From NCBI GenBank assembly GCA_964016885.1, contig OZ024753.1:44020001-44084000 (forward strand): a stretch of 64,000 bases of DNA, in the 5' to 3' direction. Shown piece by piece: positions 1 to 12,961 of the stretch. The translations under genes were made by a program, and so were the position numbers. Under the pieces are notes generated by a model, which had not been told where the DNA came from, searched no databases, and saw only the letters and a program-made list of their open reading frames with translations. The DNA comes from Eledone cirrhosa. Its lineage: Eukaryota. Position 1 is the first letter of the stretch. Every line of letters starts with the position of its first letter.

Positions 1-47
1 CCACCACCACCACCACCACCACCACCACCACCACCACCATCACCACC

Positions 48-114
<67 letters not shown>

Positions 115-170
115 CCATCATCATCACCATCGTCACCATCACCATTTTCATCATCATTTCATCATTTTTA
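1..170. repeat. (CCA)n/(CAT)n trinucleotide microsatellite
   Basis: Direct reading of the sequence. Confidence 0.95.
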
Positions 171-353
171 TCGTCCATTTTTCCATGTAACAAAGGTTGG
201 AATTTCCCCCATAATTCTATAAAAACCATCTTTTGTTGTGTTCTAAACATCAGAGTTTAACGATTATTTTCAAAACCAATTGAAACACATTGAATGTATT
301 TCAGGAGAAATATGGTCGTGAAAATGTTAAAGGTTGTTGCAAAAACGTAGCTT

Positions 354-545
354 ACGAGGGTCGACTGAAACATTCATAGGCTGACTATTAAAGATTGATG
401 CTAGAGCTGTGAAATCTTGCATGCGTTAATTTCAAATCTTTATTAAAAACTGCATGGTTTCTTTCCAAGGACTATGTTGAAGAATAAACCTCATTTTGGT
501 CATTCCAAGAGAGAATCTTGGTCATAGACTGACTATGAAAGAGTG
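354..545 (+). mobile_element. Internally deleted mariner-like DNA transposon remnant
   Basis: Starts TA-CGAGGGTCGACTGAAA, a mariner-type TIR start. Contains GAC TAT GTT GAA GAA TAA (DYVEE*), resembling the mariner transposase C-terminus. A related fragment lies near 7235-7300. Confidence 0.5.
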
Positions 546-1870
546 ATATTTGTGGTACTCGTGTATTAGTTGCAGTTATGGAAGCCTATATTTGTGGTAC
601 TCGTGTATTAGTTGCAGTTATGGAAGCCTATATCTGTGGTACTAATGTATTAGTTGCAGTTATGGAAGCCTATATTTGTGGTACTCGTGTATTACTTGCA
701 GTTATGGAAGCCTATATCTGTGGTACTCGTGTATTAGTTGCAGTTATGGAAGCCTATATTTGTGGTACTCGTGTATTACTTGCAGTTATGGAAGCCTATA
801 TTTGTGGTACTAATGTATTACTTGCAGTTATGGAAGCCTATATTTGTGGTACTCGTGTATTAGTTGCAGTTATGGAAGCCTATATTTATGGTGCTAACGT
901 ATTAGTTGCAGTTATGGAAGCCTATATTTGTGGTACTAATGTATTAGTTGCAGTTATGGAAGCCTATATTTGTGGTACTCGTGTATTAGTTGCAGTTATG
1001 GAAGCCTATATTTATGGTGCTAACGTATTAGTTGCAGTTATGGAAGCCTATATTTGTGGTACTAATGTATTAGTTGCAGTTATGGAAGCCTATATTTGTG
1101 GTACTAATGTATTAGTTGCAGTTATGGAAGCCTATATTTGTGGTACTCGTGTATTAGTTGCAGTTATGGAAGCCTATATTTATGGTGCTAACGTATTAGT
1201 TGCAGTTATGGAGACCTATATCTGTGGTACTAATGTATAAGTTGCAGTTATGGAAGCCTATATCTGTGGTACTAACGTATTAGTTGCAGTTATGGAAGCC
1301 TATATCTGTGGTACTCGTGTATTAGTTGCAGTTATGGAAGCCTATATCTGTGGTACTAATGTATTAGTTGCAGTTATGGAAGCCTATATCTGTGGTGCTA
1401 ACATATTAGTTGCAGTTATGGAAGCCTATATCTGTGGTACTCGTGTATTAGTTGCAGTTATGGAAGCCTATATCTGTGGTACTAACGTATTAGTTGCAGT
1501 TATGGAAGCCTATATTTGTGGTTCTAACGTATTAGTTGCAGTTATGGAGACCTATATCTGTGGTACTAATGTATAAGTTGCAGTTATGGAAGCCTATATC
1601 TGTGGTACTAATGTATTAGTTGCAGTTATGGAAGCCTATATCTGTGGTACTAATGTATAAGTTGCAGTTATGGAAGCCTATATCTGTGGTACTAATGTAT
1701 TAGTTGCAGTTATGGAGACCTATATCTGTGGTACTCGTGTATTAGTTGCAGTTATGGAAGCCTATATTTGTGGTTCTAATGTATAAGTTGCAGTTATAGA
1801 AGCCTATATTTGTGGTTCTAATGTATAAGTTGCAATTATGAAGGCCTATATTCGTAATGCTAATGTATTT
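546..1870. repeat. 42-bp minisatellite, ~31 copies
   Basis: Unit TATATTTGTGGTACTCGTGTATTAGTTGCAGTTATGGAAGCC. It explains the MEAYICGTRVLVAV repeat ORFs. Confidence 0.97.
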
Positions 1871-2069
1871 TTCCTCTTCCGTTCTGCCGTTCTGGTTTAT
1901 TGTAAAGCCTCCCATATTCTACTCTAATCAATTAATTAATGAAGAATTTGGAAGGCTTTACTAAAATTAATTATTTCATTAAGATGGCATTTATAACACA
2001 ATTTAATGAAATGTTCATATAAAAAATTATGTTGGAGGATTTAATTTAAATAGAAACCTTTTAAAATGG

Positions 2070-2265
2070 TAGAGGTGTATGGCATAATGGTAAGTGTGTT
2101 CAATTCATGGACTGGTTTGTGTTGTGTTCATGAGCAAATAATTTCCTTTCACATTGCTCCAGTATACTCAGCAGAACATGAGTACCAGCTATAGCTGGGG
2201 GTTTAACCCTGTGATGGAGTGGTGTCCTGTCCAGTGAGGTGTCTTGTACTCCCAGTCACATAGCA
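2070..2265 (+). mobile_element. Degenerate tRNA-headed SINE (related to SINE-A)
   Basis: TGGCATAATGGTAAG head plus CACATTGCTCCAGTATACTCAGC core shared with SINE-A and with 20370-20650. Confidence 0.6.
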
Positions 2266-2316
2266 GCAATCATAATTCTCTATATAATGTTTCTCATTGA
2301 AATATTTAATCATAAT

Positions 2317-2368
<52 letters not shown>

Positions 2369-2371
<3 letters not shown>

Positions 2372-2522
2372 AAAAGCATCAGAACCCCGACGGCAGAGCT
2401 CAAGACATTTCGATAGCTTAGCTGGGATCCTGACTCTTTTCCTATTTCCTACTCTACTACCCTAAGTATCGAGTACTCTGGTGTGTTATGGTCCACCTGG
2501 TTCCTTACCACACTTCCTTCAT
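2369..2522 (+). mobile_element. Family P fold-back Penelope-like element (half-hammerhead), TA-flanked
   Basis: Inverted 5' arm GGAAAAG..ACCCCGACGGCAGAGCTC followed by tail CTCTACTACCCCTAAGTATCGAGTACTCTGGTG..GGTTCCTTACCAC, shared with five other copies. Confidence 0.7.
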
Positions 2523-3462
2523 TATATGTATATATATTATATATATATATATAGCATTCATGCATATAATTTCCAAGCATTAACGTAAGCAAATTATATA
2601 ATTATACAGTTTTAATGTAAGCTCTCATATATATGTTTAAGCTAAACATATATAATACATAAATAAAATGCTCAGCCCTGACATATTCACAATATAAGCT
2701 CACCTGATGTGAAATCTGAAGTATTTAAGTAGCATTAATAGACTTTGATATCATCTCTAAGTTTGCGTGATATAGGAATATATATTGCTAGAAATGTATC
2801 TCATATGTTTACATAAAAGTATGTTCTCTCTAACAGCTTTGTATATTGATTGTTCCACAGAGAAAGATACCATGCATAGCACTGGCAAGCCAGCACTTGC
2901 TGAAAGTCTATATACATGCATGCCTATATATATATAAAAAAAAAAAACATATATTCTCAAAGTCTACAGACAAATAATTGAAAATGACAAGGGAAATATC
3001 TGTTTTAGCAATTAATAACCCCCGTTTTTCTCATCTGAAGGAGAAAGAAAATTCACCATGCTTTCTTTATCTTGAGGCACTAAAACATTTCATTTATAGC
3101 ATTGCACGGAATGCTTTTAGTAAACTATTTTCAATTTACCCCCTTTATGTCACTGCTGTAGCAATTGGTTTTGACAACAATATTGATTTATATCCTTTTA
3201 AATTATTCAGGGGAGAAATTTCCATTTAATATCGTATTTAATACTCATATTCAATCTATAATCATGAATCTCACAATACTGCAGGTAAGCTGAGCTGAGG
3301 AAATTCTATAAAACTTATCAACTTTTTCCTTTGGTTTCACTAATAGATGGAAGGGAAAGATTGTTGAGTCTTTATTTATTATATTTATATCTAAATATCT
3401 CTCTAGACAACCTTCTCACAACTTCTCCCTCTTTCTACACTTGTGTGCACACATACACATAC

Positions 3463-3507
<45 letters not shown>

Positions 3508-3536
3508 CATACATACATACATATATACATATATAT

Positions 3537-3575
<39 letters not shown>

Positions 3576-3902
3576 TTGTTCACTGTTCATTGTTCAGTTG
3601 AAGTAAATTATGAAAGAAAAAGGAACATAAAATATGTAATAAATAAAATAATATCAAGAATGCTGTCCTGTTAGCTTATGTGTGTTCTTCAGAATTGATA
3701 ATAGATAGTTGAGAGGCTTTATCACATCAGTGAATTTCTCATAGCTTTATAGTTCATTCAGAAAATACAAATGTAGATATTGGTTCTAAAAGTGTTTGGT
3801 TACTTTTAACAGTTAGGTTGGGAAATTTTCTTCAAATGTCTTCCATCATCGCAGGAGATGAAGTAAAGTCTGAATTTTCACTTCATTTGCCTTGTCTATA
3901 TA

Positions 3903-4436
3903 TCATCATCATTATCATCATTATCATCATCATCACCGTTTTACATCCGTTCTTCCACACTAGCATCGGTTAGATGGGTTGTCCTGTTGTGGGCAGTGTC
4001 CAGTCAGATGACCTTGTCTTGCTCATACAGGAACTGATTCTGGCTTGATTTCTACAGCTGGGTGCCCTTCTTAACACCAACGTCATTTACAGTGAGTGCT
4101 GGGTGCTTTTTTTCCGTGGCGCCTACATGACCACTTTGCAGTGTGGGCTGGGTTCTTTTTTTCTGTGGCACCTCCACGACCACTTTGCAGTTGGAGGGTG
4201 TGGGGGCATATTGTCTGTATGCTTCAGCTTCGGCGTGTACCTGTGGGAAGTTGGGTTTTTCTGTATTACTGCGTGACGCCAGAGGTCACGGTCCTGTCTC
4301 ATCGCCCTTGAGAGGTTCAATTGGGCAAGGTCGGTTTTTATCACCTCATCCCAGGTCTTCTTGGGTCTCCCCACTCCGCGGCTTCCATCAACTTCTAGTG
4401 CTCTGCACCTTTTTATGCAGCTGTCATCCTTCATAC
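3903..4436 (-). mobile_element. RTE-clade LINE 3' end (ORF C-terminus + 3' UTR + (GAT)n tail)
   Basis: ORF 4123-4434 contains VDGSRGVGRPKKTWDEVIKTDL...DRDLWR, typical of the RTE C-terminus. A (GAT)n tail lies at 3903-3935 on the minus strand, and the element is 5'-truncated next to a TA tract. Confidence 0.85.
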
Positions 4437-4448
4437 GTATATATATAA

Positions 4449-4498
<50 letters not shown>

Positions 4499-5371
4499 CG
4501 TAAAGATTATTAAGAAAAAAGACATATATATAACATCATAGTATCTTGTCAACCTCCACTGTTGTAACCCTTTCAATTCAAATTCCAACCAGTTCTGGTT
4601 CTAAGAAACAAAACAACCCATTTTAAAGGGGACCTAATTAAATTAAAACCTTCCAGCATAATTTTATATAAAAACCTTTTGTTCAATATATTATCTTAGC
4701 AATGAAATAATAAATTTGGATCATAATATTTTGTTAACCTCCACTGTTGTAAGTCTTCTATTTCCAACCAGTTCTGGTTCTGTGAAATAAACCAGAACAT
4801 TTAAAAGGTTCCTAATTAGATTGAAACATTCCAACATAATTTCATATAAATATCTTTAGTCATATTATCTTAGTAATGAAATAATTAATAATTTTAGTAA
4901 ATTCCTTTTAATTCCTAATTAATTAGTTAATTGAAAAAACTACATTTCATAAGCAAAATAGTAAAGAGATGGTTAAACTAAAAGTTTTTCCCCTTTGCAT
5001 GGGTTGGACAGGTCCTTCTCATCATAACATCCCTCCACTCACCGCATTCCTTTATCAATTTATATATTTTACATATTATGTTTTGTTAAGAGAGCAGTGA
5101 TGTCGTGTTATACATGGTTATTTCCACCCAACCAAATGATGGAATTGGCCCCAGTTCATTACTGGTACTTTATTTTATTGAAGCTGCAAGGATGAAAGGA
5201 AAAGCTCACCTTGGCGGATATTAATAAATAATGGTTTATCTTGTCATGGCCACTCTGCTGGGTTAGTCATCAACACCCTTAACTCTCAATAGCTATGTTA
5301 GTCTAGTTGGTTTATTTGTACTGTTGTCATTTCTAAATAATACCTACATATATATATATATATATATATAT

Positions 5372-5452
5372 GAAAAAACTCAGAACCTCGATGGCTGAGT
5401 ATTGAGTACTCTGGTGAGAAATGGTCTAACTGGTTTTTACCACCTCCATTCA
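5372..5452 (+). mobile_element. Family P short copy
   Basis: Inverted arm remnant (AACCTCGATGGCTGAG) fused to tail GTATTGAGTACTCTGGTG; TA-flanked. Confidence 0.55.
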
Positions 5453-5471
5453 GATACATATACATAAATAT

Positions 5472-5505
<34 letters not shown>

Positions 5506-5769
5506 GAAAACAGGGAGAAAAAGACGATTATCAGGAAGAAAAATTTTTTTTTTCTTTTTCATTTCTTTCTCTCTTTTTTTCTGGGTTAGAAAATGATTAA
5601 AATGAAATATTTTACTTTGTGTGAAGTGTTAAGGTATTAGTTTATTTATTTATTAGATATTATATATATATATGTATATATATACCAACATGGAAAAATG
5701 GATGTGAAACGTTGGTGATTATATATACATACATACATACATACATACATACATACATACATACATACA

Positions 5770-5805
<36 letters not shown>

Positions 5806-5811
5806 GAGAGA

Positions 5812-6140
5812 GAGGCACATGGGTTAGTGATTAGAGCATTGGCCTTGCAATCGAAAGGTTGTGAGTTCAGTTCTCAGACCGGGTGATGTGTTGTTTCCTT
5901 GAGCAAGACACTTTATTTCACATTGCTCCAGTTTACTCAGCTGTAGAAATGAGATGATAGGGATTGGGGTCCCTATCATTCCACTGCAAAGTGGTCGTGG
6001 AGGTGCCACGGCAAAAAAGCACCCAGCACTCACTGTAAATGAGGTTGGTGTAAGGAAGGGCATCAAGCCAGAATCAGTTCCCGTCCCACCCTTGCAAGCA
6101 GGGAAAAAGCGGACGTAAAATGAAATGATGATGATGATGA
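5812..6140 (+). mobile_element. SINE-A: tRNA-derived SINE with RTE-derived 3' tail
   Basis: A box TGGGTTAGTG, B box GTTCAGTTC, 3' part shared with the RTE 3' UTR at 3903-4195, (GAT)n tail. Five near-identical copies occur in the window. Confidence 0.9.
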
Positions 6141-6342
6141 TATACCTACATTTTCATTTCAATCCTATCAACAGTCGGTTGTGCCATTTTGACACAATTG
6201 AAGAATTTGTCTTCATGTAATTTATGGAAATATCCACTAAACTGATTGTTCCATTAACTTATTAATGCCCAGAGGAAAATATGAAACCTGCAATACAATC
6301 TAATGAAATACTGGCTAATTAGACAGTCTGTTGTTGTTATTA

Positions 6343-6515
6343 GATTGGCAGTATTGATAGAGTGTCAGACAACATACTTTACAACAGAGAGTTTATAGCC
6401 CTTTACATTCTATGTTCAAATCCATTCTTGGTTAGCTTTGCCTTTCATCCTTACAGAGTCGATAACATATAGTACCAGTAATGCACTGGAGTCAATCTAA
6501 TCGACTTTCTCCTCC
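6343..6515 (+). mobile_element. SINE-B (second tRNA-like SINE family), degenerate
   Basis: GATTGGCAG..GTTCAAATCC..TTGCCTTTCATCCTTAC..GTACCAGTAATGCACTGG. Confidence 0.7.
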
Positions 6516-6539
6516 TCTTGCACAATTAACTAACATATA

Positions 6540-6680
6540 TAAGGGTGAAAGCAGTGATTCTTTGCTTAAACTTTAATCTGTTATTTTAATAAATATTTGC
6601 TCTAGGATTCTTATATATTTGATATATATATTATCCTTATCGAACCTTCTTCGGATTTTAGTCTTGACACTTATTATTAT
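6540..6680 (+). mobile_element. Family Q Penelope-like element, 5'-truncated within HHR stem II
   Basis: AAGGGTGAAAGCAGTGATTCTTTGCTTAAACT plus tail, homologous to 39655-39872 and 57581-58030. Confidence 0.7.
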
Positions 6681-6699
6681 TACTATATATATATATATA

Positions 6700-6905
6700 T
6701 TTAATATAGAAAAGCTTCTACAGGTCTAGAACTGTTTCATTCGTGAGAAATCATCAGGAAGCTGATTGTCCAGCTTCCTGCTGCTTTCTCACGAATAAAA
6801 CAGTTCTAGTCCTGTAGAAACTTTTCTATATTAAATATTTATACTCTGCTTTGTATTGAGTACCTTACTTACTGTGGTTAACCCCCTTCAACCCGGGATA
6901 AACTT
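6700..6905 (+). mobile_element. Family R fold-back Penelope-like element
   Basis: Inverted repeat of ~65 bp (6700-6764 vs 6771-6836) plus a ~70-bp tail, flanked by (TA)n. A rearranged relative lies at 19638-19740. Confidence 0.75.
6713..6763 (-). ncRNA. Type I hammerhead ribozyme, full stem III
   Basis: Minus strand reads AGCTTC-CTGATGA-tTTC tcac GAAt-GAAA-CAG ttctagac CTG-TA-GAAGCT: 6-bp stem I, GUA cleavage triplet. Confidence 0.85.
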
Positions 6906-8949
6906 ATATATATATAATAGTTACAGCAGTGACAAACAGGTACTTAAGTTTCGTTGGATTATTTGGAACTATTTTATGAATTATCTACCCTTGTTTAAAC
7001 TCTCAAGTTCTATTCTGAAAGGAAACCAAATCTAAATTCTGGTGGCCATTATTTATTTTTATTTTTCCTATTACAGGTTGAATGTGTTGAGGTCCAGAAC
7101 CAAACACAATTTAAATACATGTTTATATAAGTATTGTAACTATTAATATTAAACTCATTCTATAGACTGAGTACTCTTAGATATTTTTACCTTGGATATT
7201 ATTACACTGGATATTTTTACCTTGAACTGAAATAATGCAGGAATTAATTTCAACTCCTTTTATTAATAACTGCATTGTTTCTTTCTAGTTACTATGGTGA
7301 TCAGGTAGGAAGTTTTCTGTTTATATGTTCAAAGCTAGCAGAGTATATAATATATGAAGTTATATCCCTGTTAGTTTTGTTTTTTCAATCTCCACCCAGG
7401 CTGGTTGTTAATGTAATCGAGCTGCTATTTCTAACGTCATTTTAAGCCTGTTGTGTAGTCTTAATATATTAAGAGATTTGACCATTTAATAGTTCAATAA
7501 CACATGTTTTGGACAGCATGCTGCCTCAGTAATTGAAACTGTATGTATAATTTCATTATCAATATAGCTTCTTAGTTTTGAAGAATATAGTCCCCTGAAG
7601 AGTATTGTTGATTCTTCCAATATTGTTTTTTCGAATAAATAGTTTCTTCCAGGAACAAAACCATGGCAGGGAGATCTTTATATAAATTAGACTTAATTTT
7701 GTCTGCCTGGCTTATACTCTCATAAATAGAGTTTTTTTCATTAAAATTTTTATAGTTGTGTCGATTACATTGACTAACCCCTAGTCCCTTACTAATATTA
7801 CCCCACTGACACCTTATTGTTGTTATTTATAAAAAAAAAAGAAGATTAATATTAATTGAGAGAAAAGAAAACTATTGTTGTTGTTGTTGTTATTATTACT
7901 AACTAAACCTTTTTGATACCAACCTGATTCCCTGTGAAACTATGACCACTTATTTTAAGAGTTCCAATTTTGATTGAAATATACACAGCTAAGCACAAGT
8001 CTTGTTGAAAGTCATTTCACCCACCACTCCCCTCAGTTAAGTGGATTGGACCAACGGTAAATAAAGTGTTGTGTTCAAGGACAGACTGTACCACCTCCCC
8101 CAGTACAGGGATCAAACTCACTATCATATGATTGTGATCTCAACACCTTAACTCAGCTATGAACCTTCACAAATATATGGTCTGGTCTCTTCCCATCCTC
8201 ATTGCTGAGGGTCAGGGACCAATGACAATAGCACCAATAGGGTGTCCTGAATCCTCATCTGTCCATTACTTTGAAACTAGCTACTGAACTGATGCTCATC
8301 TGCCTTACAAGGATGAAGCCGTTGGCCACTTGAAAGGTTGTCACTCAGCTAATAATAGGATCCCACCTACAGTGGGTTTGAAATCAAAGTGATCCTTTTC
8401 CTAGTCATACTGCCTACCAAGGCTAACAAGCTCAGAGTGCCTGTTTTCTTTTCTTTTTACACACTATTGGATGGCCATTGACTCTCCTAAGTTCCTCCAC
8501 CATTTGAAGGGTTTTGTGTTTCATCCTGCAGTGTGTCCAGAAATCATCCTCATCAAGCAAGGTTGGTGAATTTGCCAGTTTAGTCACCAATAACCTGACC
8601 ATGTGGTGAATCATACTGCGTTATGTTACCAGTAGTGCTCAAGAGCAACTTGACATTCCACAAATATCACAACATTGAAATAATAATTTTAGTAAAACCC
8701 TCCAACTTCATTAGAAATACAGTAACAAAAGGGTTAACTTTTTTAAATGTTTTGTTTAAATTAATATTTTGAAATTAAATTGAAAAAAAAATGACATTTA
8801 TAAGCAACGAAAAGATGACATTTATAAATTGAATTTTTAATTATTTTGGGGAAAATTTTGCAATAATACAAAGAGACTGTAAATATTTCAATTTTAATTA
8901 TTGCTAATTAATATATCTTCGATATCAGCATTTTGGTATATTTAGTTTT

Positions 8950-9420
8950 TCCATTTTTGCTTGTGTGGGTTGAACAGGTCTTCTCTACCACTTCTGCCCA
9001 CGTCTTTCTTGGCAATCATTCATTTTATGTTTTCCTTCTACTCTACTCTACACTATCTCCATTTGATTGTCAAACTCTTTACATAGTGGAATGGGTAAAT
9101 TTTATCATGGTATCAGCTCTAGAGAGGTTGCCACAGGACAAAAGGGGTTCTCTTGATCCTTTTGCCTAAGTTTACCATGGAATACCTCTACCCCAACGTA
9201 CTTCTATCTTTTTTGTGAGGTTCACTCTCCGGAGATCAACTTCCATAACATCTGGCTAAGTCTATCTTGGAATGCCTCTACCCTGTCTTCCATCCATCTA
9301 TGTCTTTCCTTTGTAAGGTTCCCCCTCTTGAGATCAATTTTCCCCATGTCACCCAAATCCTCTCTGGCCCACCTTTATCACATATCCTCTCCTCCACTTG
9401 GATCCAGAAATGTTTTTATG
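8950..9420 (-). mobile_element. Degenerate RTE-like LINE 3' fragment
   Basis: Minus strand encodes decayed DVMEVDLRRVNLT-type RTE C-terminal text, apparently duplicated. Confidence 0.35.
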
Positions 9421-10046
9421 TCCCCAACAAGACTCTATGTTTTATTGTAATCGTTATTACTAATTAAAGGAAATTATTAAAAAGTATTTACAAAAAAACA
9501 AATATTTTTGTTAGTTCAAATAATTTTATCATTTCTTCTGTTGAAATATTTCATAAGTGCAGGTATGTTCATGTATAAGGGTTATAATTTCGATGTTGGC
9601 ATGGGTTTCCCTCAAAGAGGCACAGGAATTGATGAATTGCTTTTTACTTGCCTGTAAGACTTTTGGTCAAACAATCAGCATCAAGAACTAAGGTGGTACT
9701 TAACCAAGGGGTTCCAGCCACAAAGTAATGGGTTAAAGCCATAAACCTCATGGTAACAAATTAAACACCATAATCATTTAACCCTTAGTCATAGTCATGC
9801 CTGCACATTTGAATAAAATAATTTTGCAAAATATATAAATCCAACCTATATATGGTATGTATATATATTTTGACACCACCATGAGGAGCAGAATGACAAC
9901 ACAACACCCTGATCAGGGGTTCCAATCTCCTTGATCACCCTGCAAGTAAGTGGGCCATTTATCATATTTTGAAAGAAATAGGGTCCTTGTAATCCCATTT
10001 TCTTTCCACTGTTGTATTGTACCGTACCCAATTGCTTAATGCTACT

Positions 10047-12210
10047 TTCTTTTCCGCATCGCGTCGTATTTGGTTGGTTAATCCTACTGTCTTTTCCGCA
10101 TCACATTTGATTGGTTAATCCTACTGTCTTTTCCGCATCACATTTGATTGGTTAATCCTACTGTCTTTTCCGCATCACGTCGTATTTGGTTGGTTAATCT
10201 TACTGTCTTTTCCGCATCACGTCGTATTTGATTGGTTAATCCTACTGTCTTTTCCTCATCACATCACATTTGATTGGTTAATCCTACTGTCTTTTCCGCA
10301 TCACATCACATTTGATTGGTTATTTCTACTGTATTTTCCGCATCACATCAGATTTGATTGGTTAATCCTACTGTCTTTTCCGCATCACATCACATTTGAT
10401 TGGTTAATCCTACTGTCTTTTCCGCATCACATCACATTTGATTGGTTAATCCTACTGTCTTTTCCGCATCACGTCACATTTGATTGGTTAATCCTACTAT
10501 TTTTTCCGCATCACATCACATTTGATTGGTTATTTCTACTGTCTTTTCCGCATCACATCACATTTGATTGGTTAATCCTACTGTCTTTTCCGCATCACGT
10601 CACATTTGATTGGTTAATCCTACTGTCTTTTCCGCATCACGTCACATTTGATTGGTTAATCCTACTGTCTTTTCCGCATCACGTCACATTTGATTGGTTA
10701 ATCCTACTGTCTTTTCCGCATCACGTCACATTTGATTGGTTAATCCTACTGTCTTTTCTGCATCACATCACATTTGATTGGTTAATCCTACTGTCTTTTC
10801 CGCATCACGTCACATTTGATTGGTTAATCCTACTGTCTTCTCCGCATCACATCACATTTGATTGGTTAATCCTACTGTCTTTTCCGCATCACGTCACATT
10901 TGATTGGTTAATCCTACTGTCTTTTCCGCATCACGTCACATTTGATTGGTTAATCCTACTGTCTTTTCCGCACCACATCACATTTGATTGGTTAATCCTA
11001 CTGTCTTTTCCGCATCACGTCACATTTGATTGGTTAATCCTACTGTCTTTTCCGCATCACGTCACATTTGATTGGTTAATCCTACTGTCTTTTCCGCATC
11101 ACATCACATTTGATTGGTTAATCCTACTGTCTTTTCCGCATCACGTCACATTTGATTGGTTAATCCTACTGTCTTTTCCGCATCACGTCACATTTGATTG
11201 GTTAATCCTACTGTCTTTTCCGCATCACATCACATTTGATTGGTTAATCCTACTGTCTTTTCCGCATCACATCACATTTGATTGGTTAATCCTACTGTCT
11301 TTTCCGCATCACGTCACATTTGATTGGTTAATCCTACTGTCTTTTCCGCATCACATCACATTTGATTAGTTAATCCTACTATTTTTTCCGCATCACATCA
11401 CATTTGATTGGTTAATCCTACTGTCTTTTCCGCATCACGTCACATTTGATTGGTTAATCCTACTATTTTTTCCGCATCACATCACATTTGATTGGTTATT
11501 TCTACTGTCTTTTCCGCATCACATCACATTTGATTGGTTAATCCTACTGTCTTTTCCGCATCACGTCACATTTGATTGGTTAATCCTACTGTCTTTTCCG
11601 CATCACGTCACATTTGATTGGTTAATCCTACTGTCTTTTCCGCATCACGTCACATTTGATTGGTTAATCCTACTGTCTTTTCTGCATCACGTCACATTTG
11701 GTTGGTTAATCCTACTGTCTTTTCCGCATCACGTCACATTTGGTTGGTTAATCCTACTGTCTTTTCTGCATCACGTCACATTTGATTGGTTAATCCTACT
11801 GTCTTTTCCGCATCACGTCACATTTGATTGGTTAATCCTACTATTTTTTCCGCATCACATCACATTTGATTGGTTATTTCTACTGTCTTTTCCGCATCAC
11901 ATCACATTTGATTGGTTAATCCTACTGTCTTTTCCGCATCACGTCACATTTGATTGGTTAATCCTACTGTCTTTTCCGCATCACGTCACATTTGATTGGT
12001 TAATCCTACTGCCTTTTCCGCATCACGTCACATTTGATTGGTTAATCCTACTGTCTTTTCTGCATCACGTCACATTTGGTTGGTTAATCCTACTGTCTTT
12101 TCCGCATCACATCACATTTGATTGGTTAATCCTACTTTCATTTTCACATCCCATCATATTTGATTGGTCAATCATACTTTGTCTCACATTGCGTCATATC
12201 TGATTGGGCA
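10047..12210. repeat. 42-bp minisatellite, ~51 copies
   Basis: Unit CTTTTCCGCATCAC(G/A)TCACATTTGATTGGTTAATCCTACTGT. Confidence 0.97.
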
Positions 12211-12254
12211 ATATTTACTTCCACTTTTTGCAAAACCCATGTAAAGAGGAAGTG

Positions 12255-12450
12255 TCAGAAAGTAAGGTGAGTGAGGAATTCAAGGTAGAAGTAGGAGTTC
12301 ATCAAGTATCCGTTCTTAGCCCACTGCTGTTCACCATAGTTCTCCAGGCCATAACAGGAGTTTACAGTTGGCTATCCAAGGGAACTTCTCTATGCAGATG
12401 GTCTGGTCCTTATAGCCAAAACCATACAAGAACTAGAGAATAAGTTCTGA
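12255..12450 (+). mobile_element. RTE LINE reverse-transcriptase fragment (frameshifted)
   Basis: SEEFKVEVGVHQVSVLSPLLFTIV (RT motif B), then after a frameshift ELLYADGLVLIA (YADD motif). Confidence 0.85.
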
Positions 12451-12926
12451 CTATATAATGTAAAATAAATATTATATTCCCCTCTCTTTGTACTATAGAA
12501 TGCATGTAAAATGTTTGTGTGTGTGTGTAGTTATTGATGCACTGGGGATAGACATATTGTCTTTAATGCATTTAAATGTCCAAGACCCCCAGCAGACAAC
12601 TGAAGAAGGGACTGTCCCTTGTTTGTGCTTTCCTTTTATTTCTAAATACTCTTTATCAAGTAATCACACAGCCCCGTGTTCCTTCTAAATAATAAATATT
12701 TATATATATATACATATATATATATATATTTGACAAAAGTCGATCGACTGTCAATATATATATATATATACACACGCACGCACACACACACACGCACACA
12801 CAAACATATATATATTCATATATAATTACGTGTATATCTGTATTTGTATAAAATGAAATGAAATGCTTTCTTTTCAAACCTGAACATATTTCAATAGTAC
12901 AATAACATGAAAGAAAGACAGATTGG

Positions 12927-12961
<35 letters not shown>

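Noticed and set aside
578-1576. 220-aa and 108-aa repeat ORFs
   Set aside because: Translations of a 42-bp minisatellite with stop-containing unit variants and no unique domain.
5812-5885. tRNA gene
   Set aside because: The tRNA-like head is fused to a SINE body and repeated five times; no proper acceptor stem.
7594-7640. CTGAAGA followed by a hairpin
   Set aside because: No GAAA after stem II and no closing stem I.
8170-8640. 60-aa ORF 8432-8614
   Set aside because: Looks like decayed LINE 5' region text; no supportable product.
10047-12210. CRISPR-like regular repeat
   Set aside because: Units are contiguous with no unique spacers, there are no cas genes, and the context is eukaryotic.
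12600-12630. CTGAAGA-AGGGA/TCCCT hairpin
   Set aside because: No GAAA or stem III.
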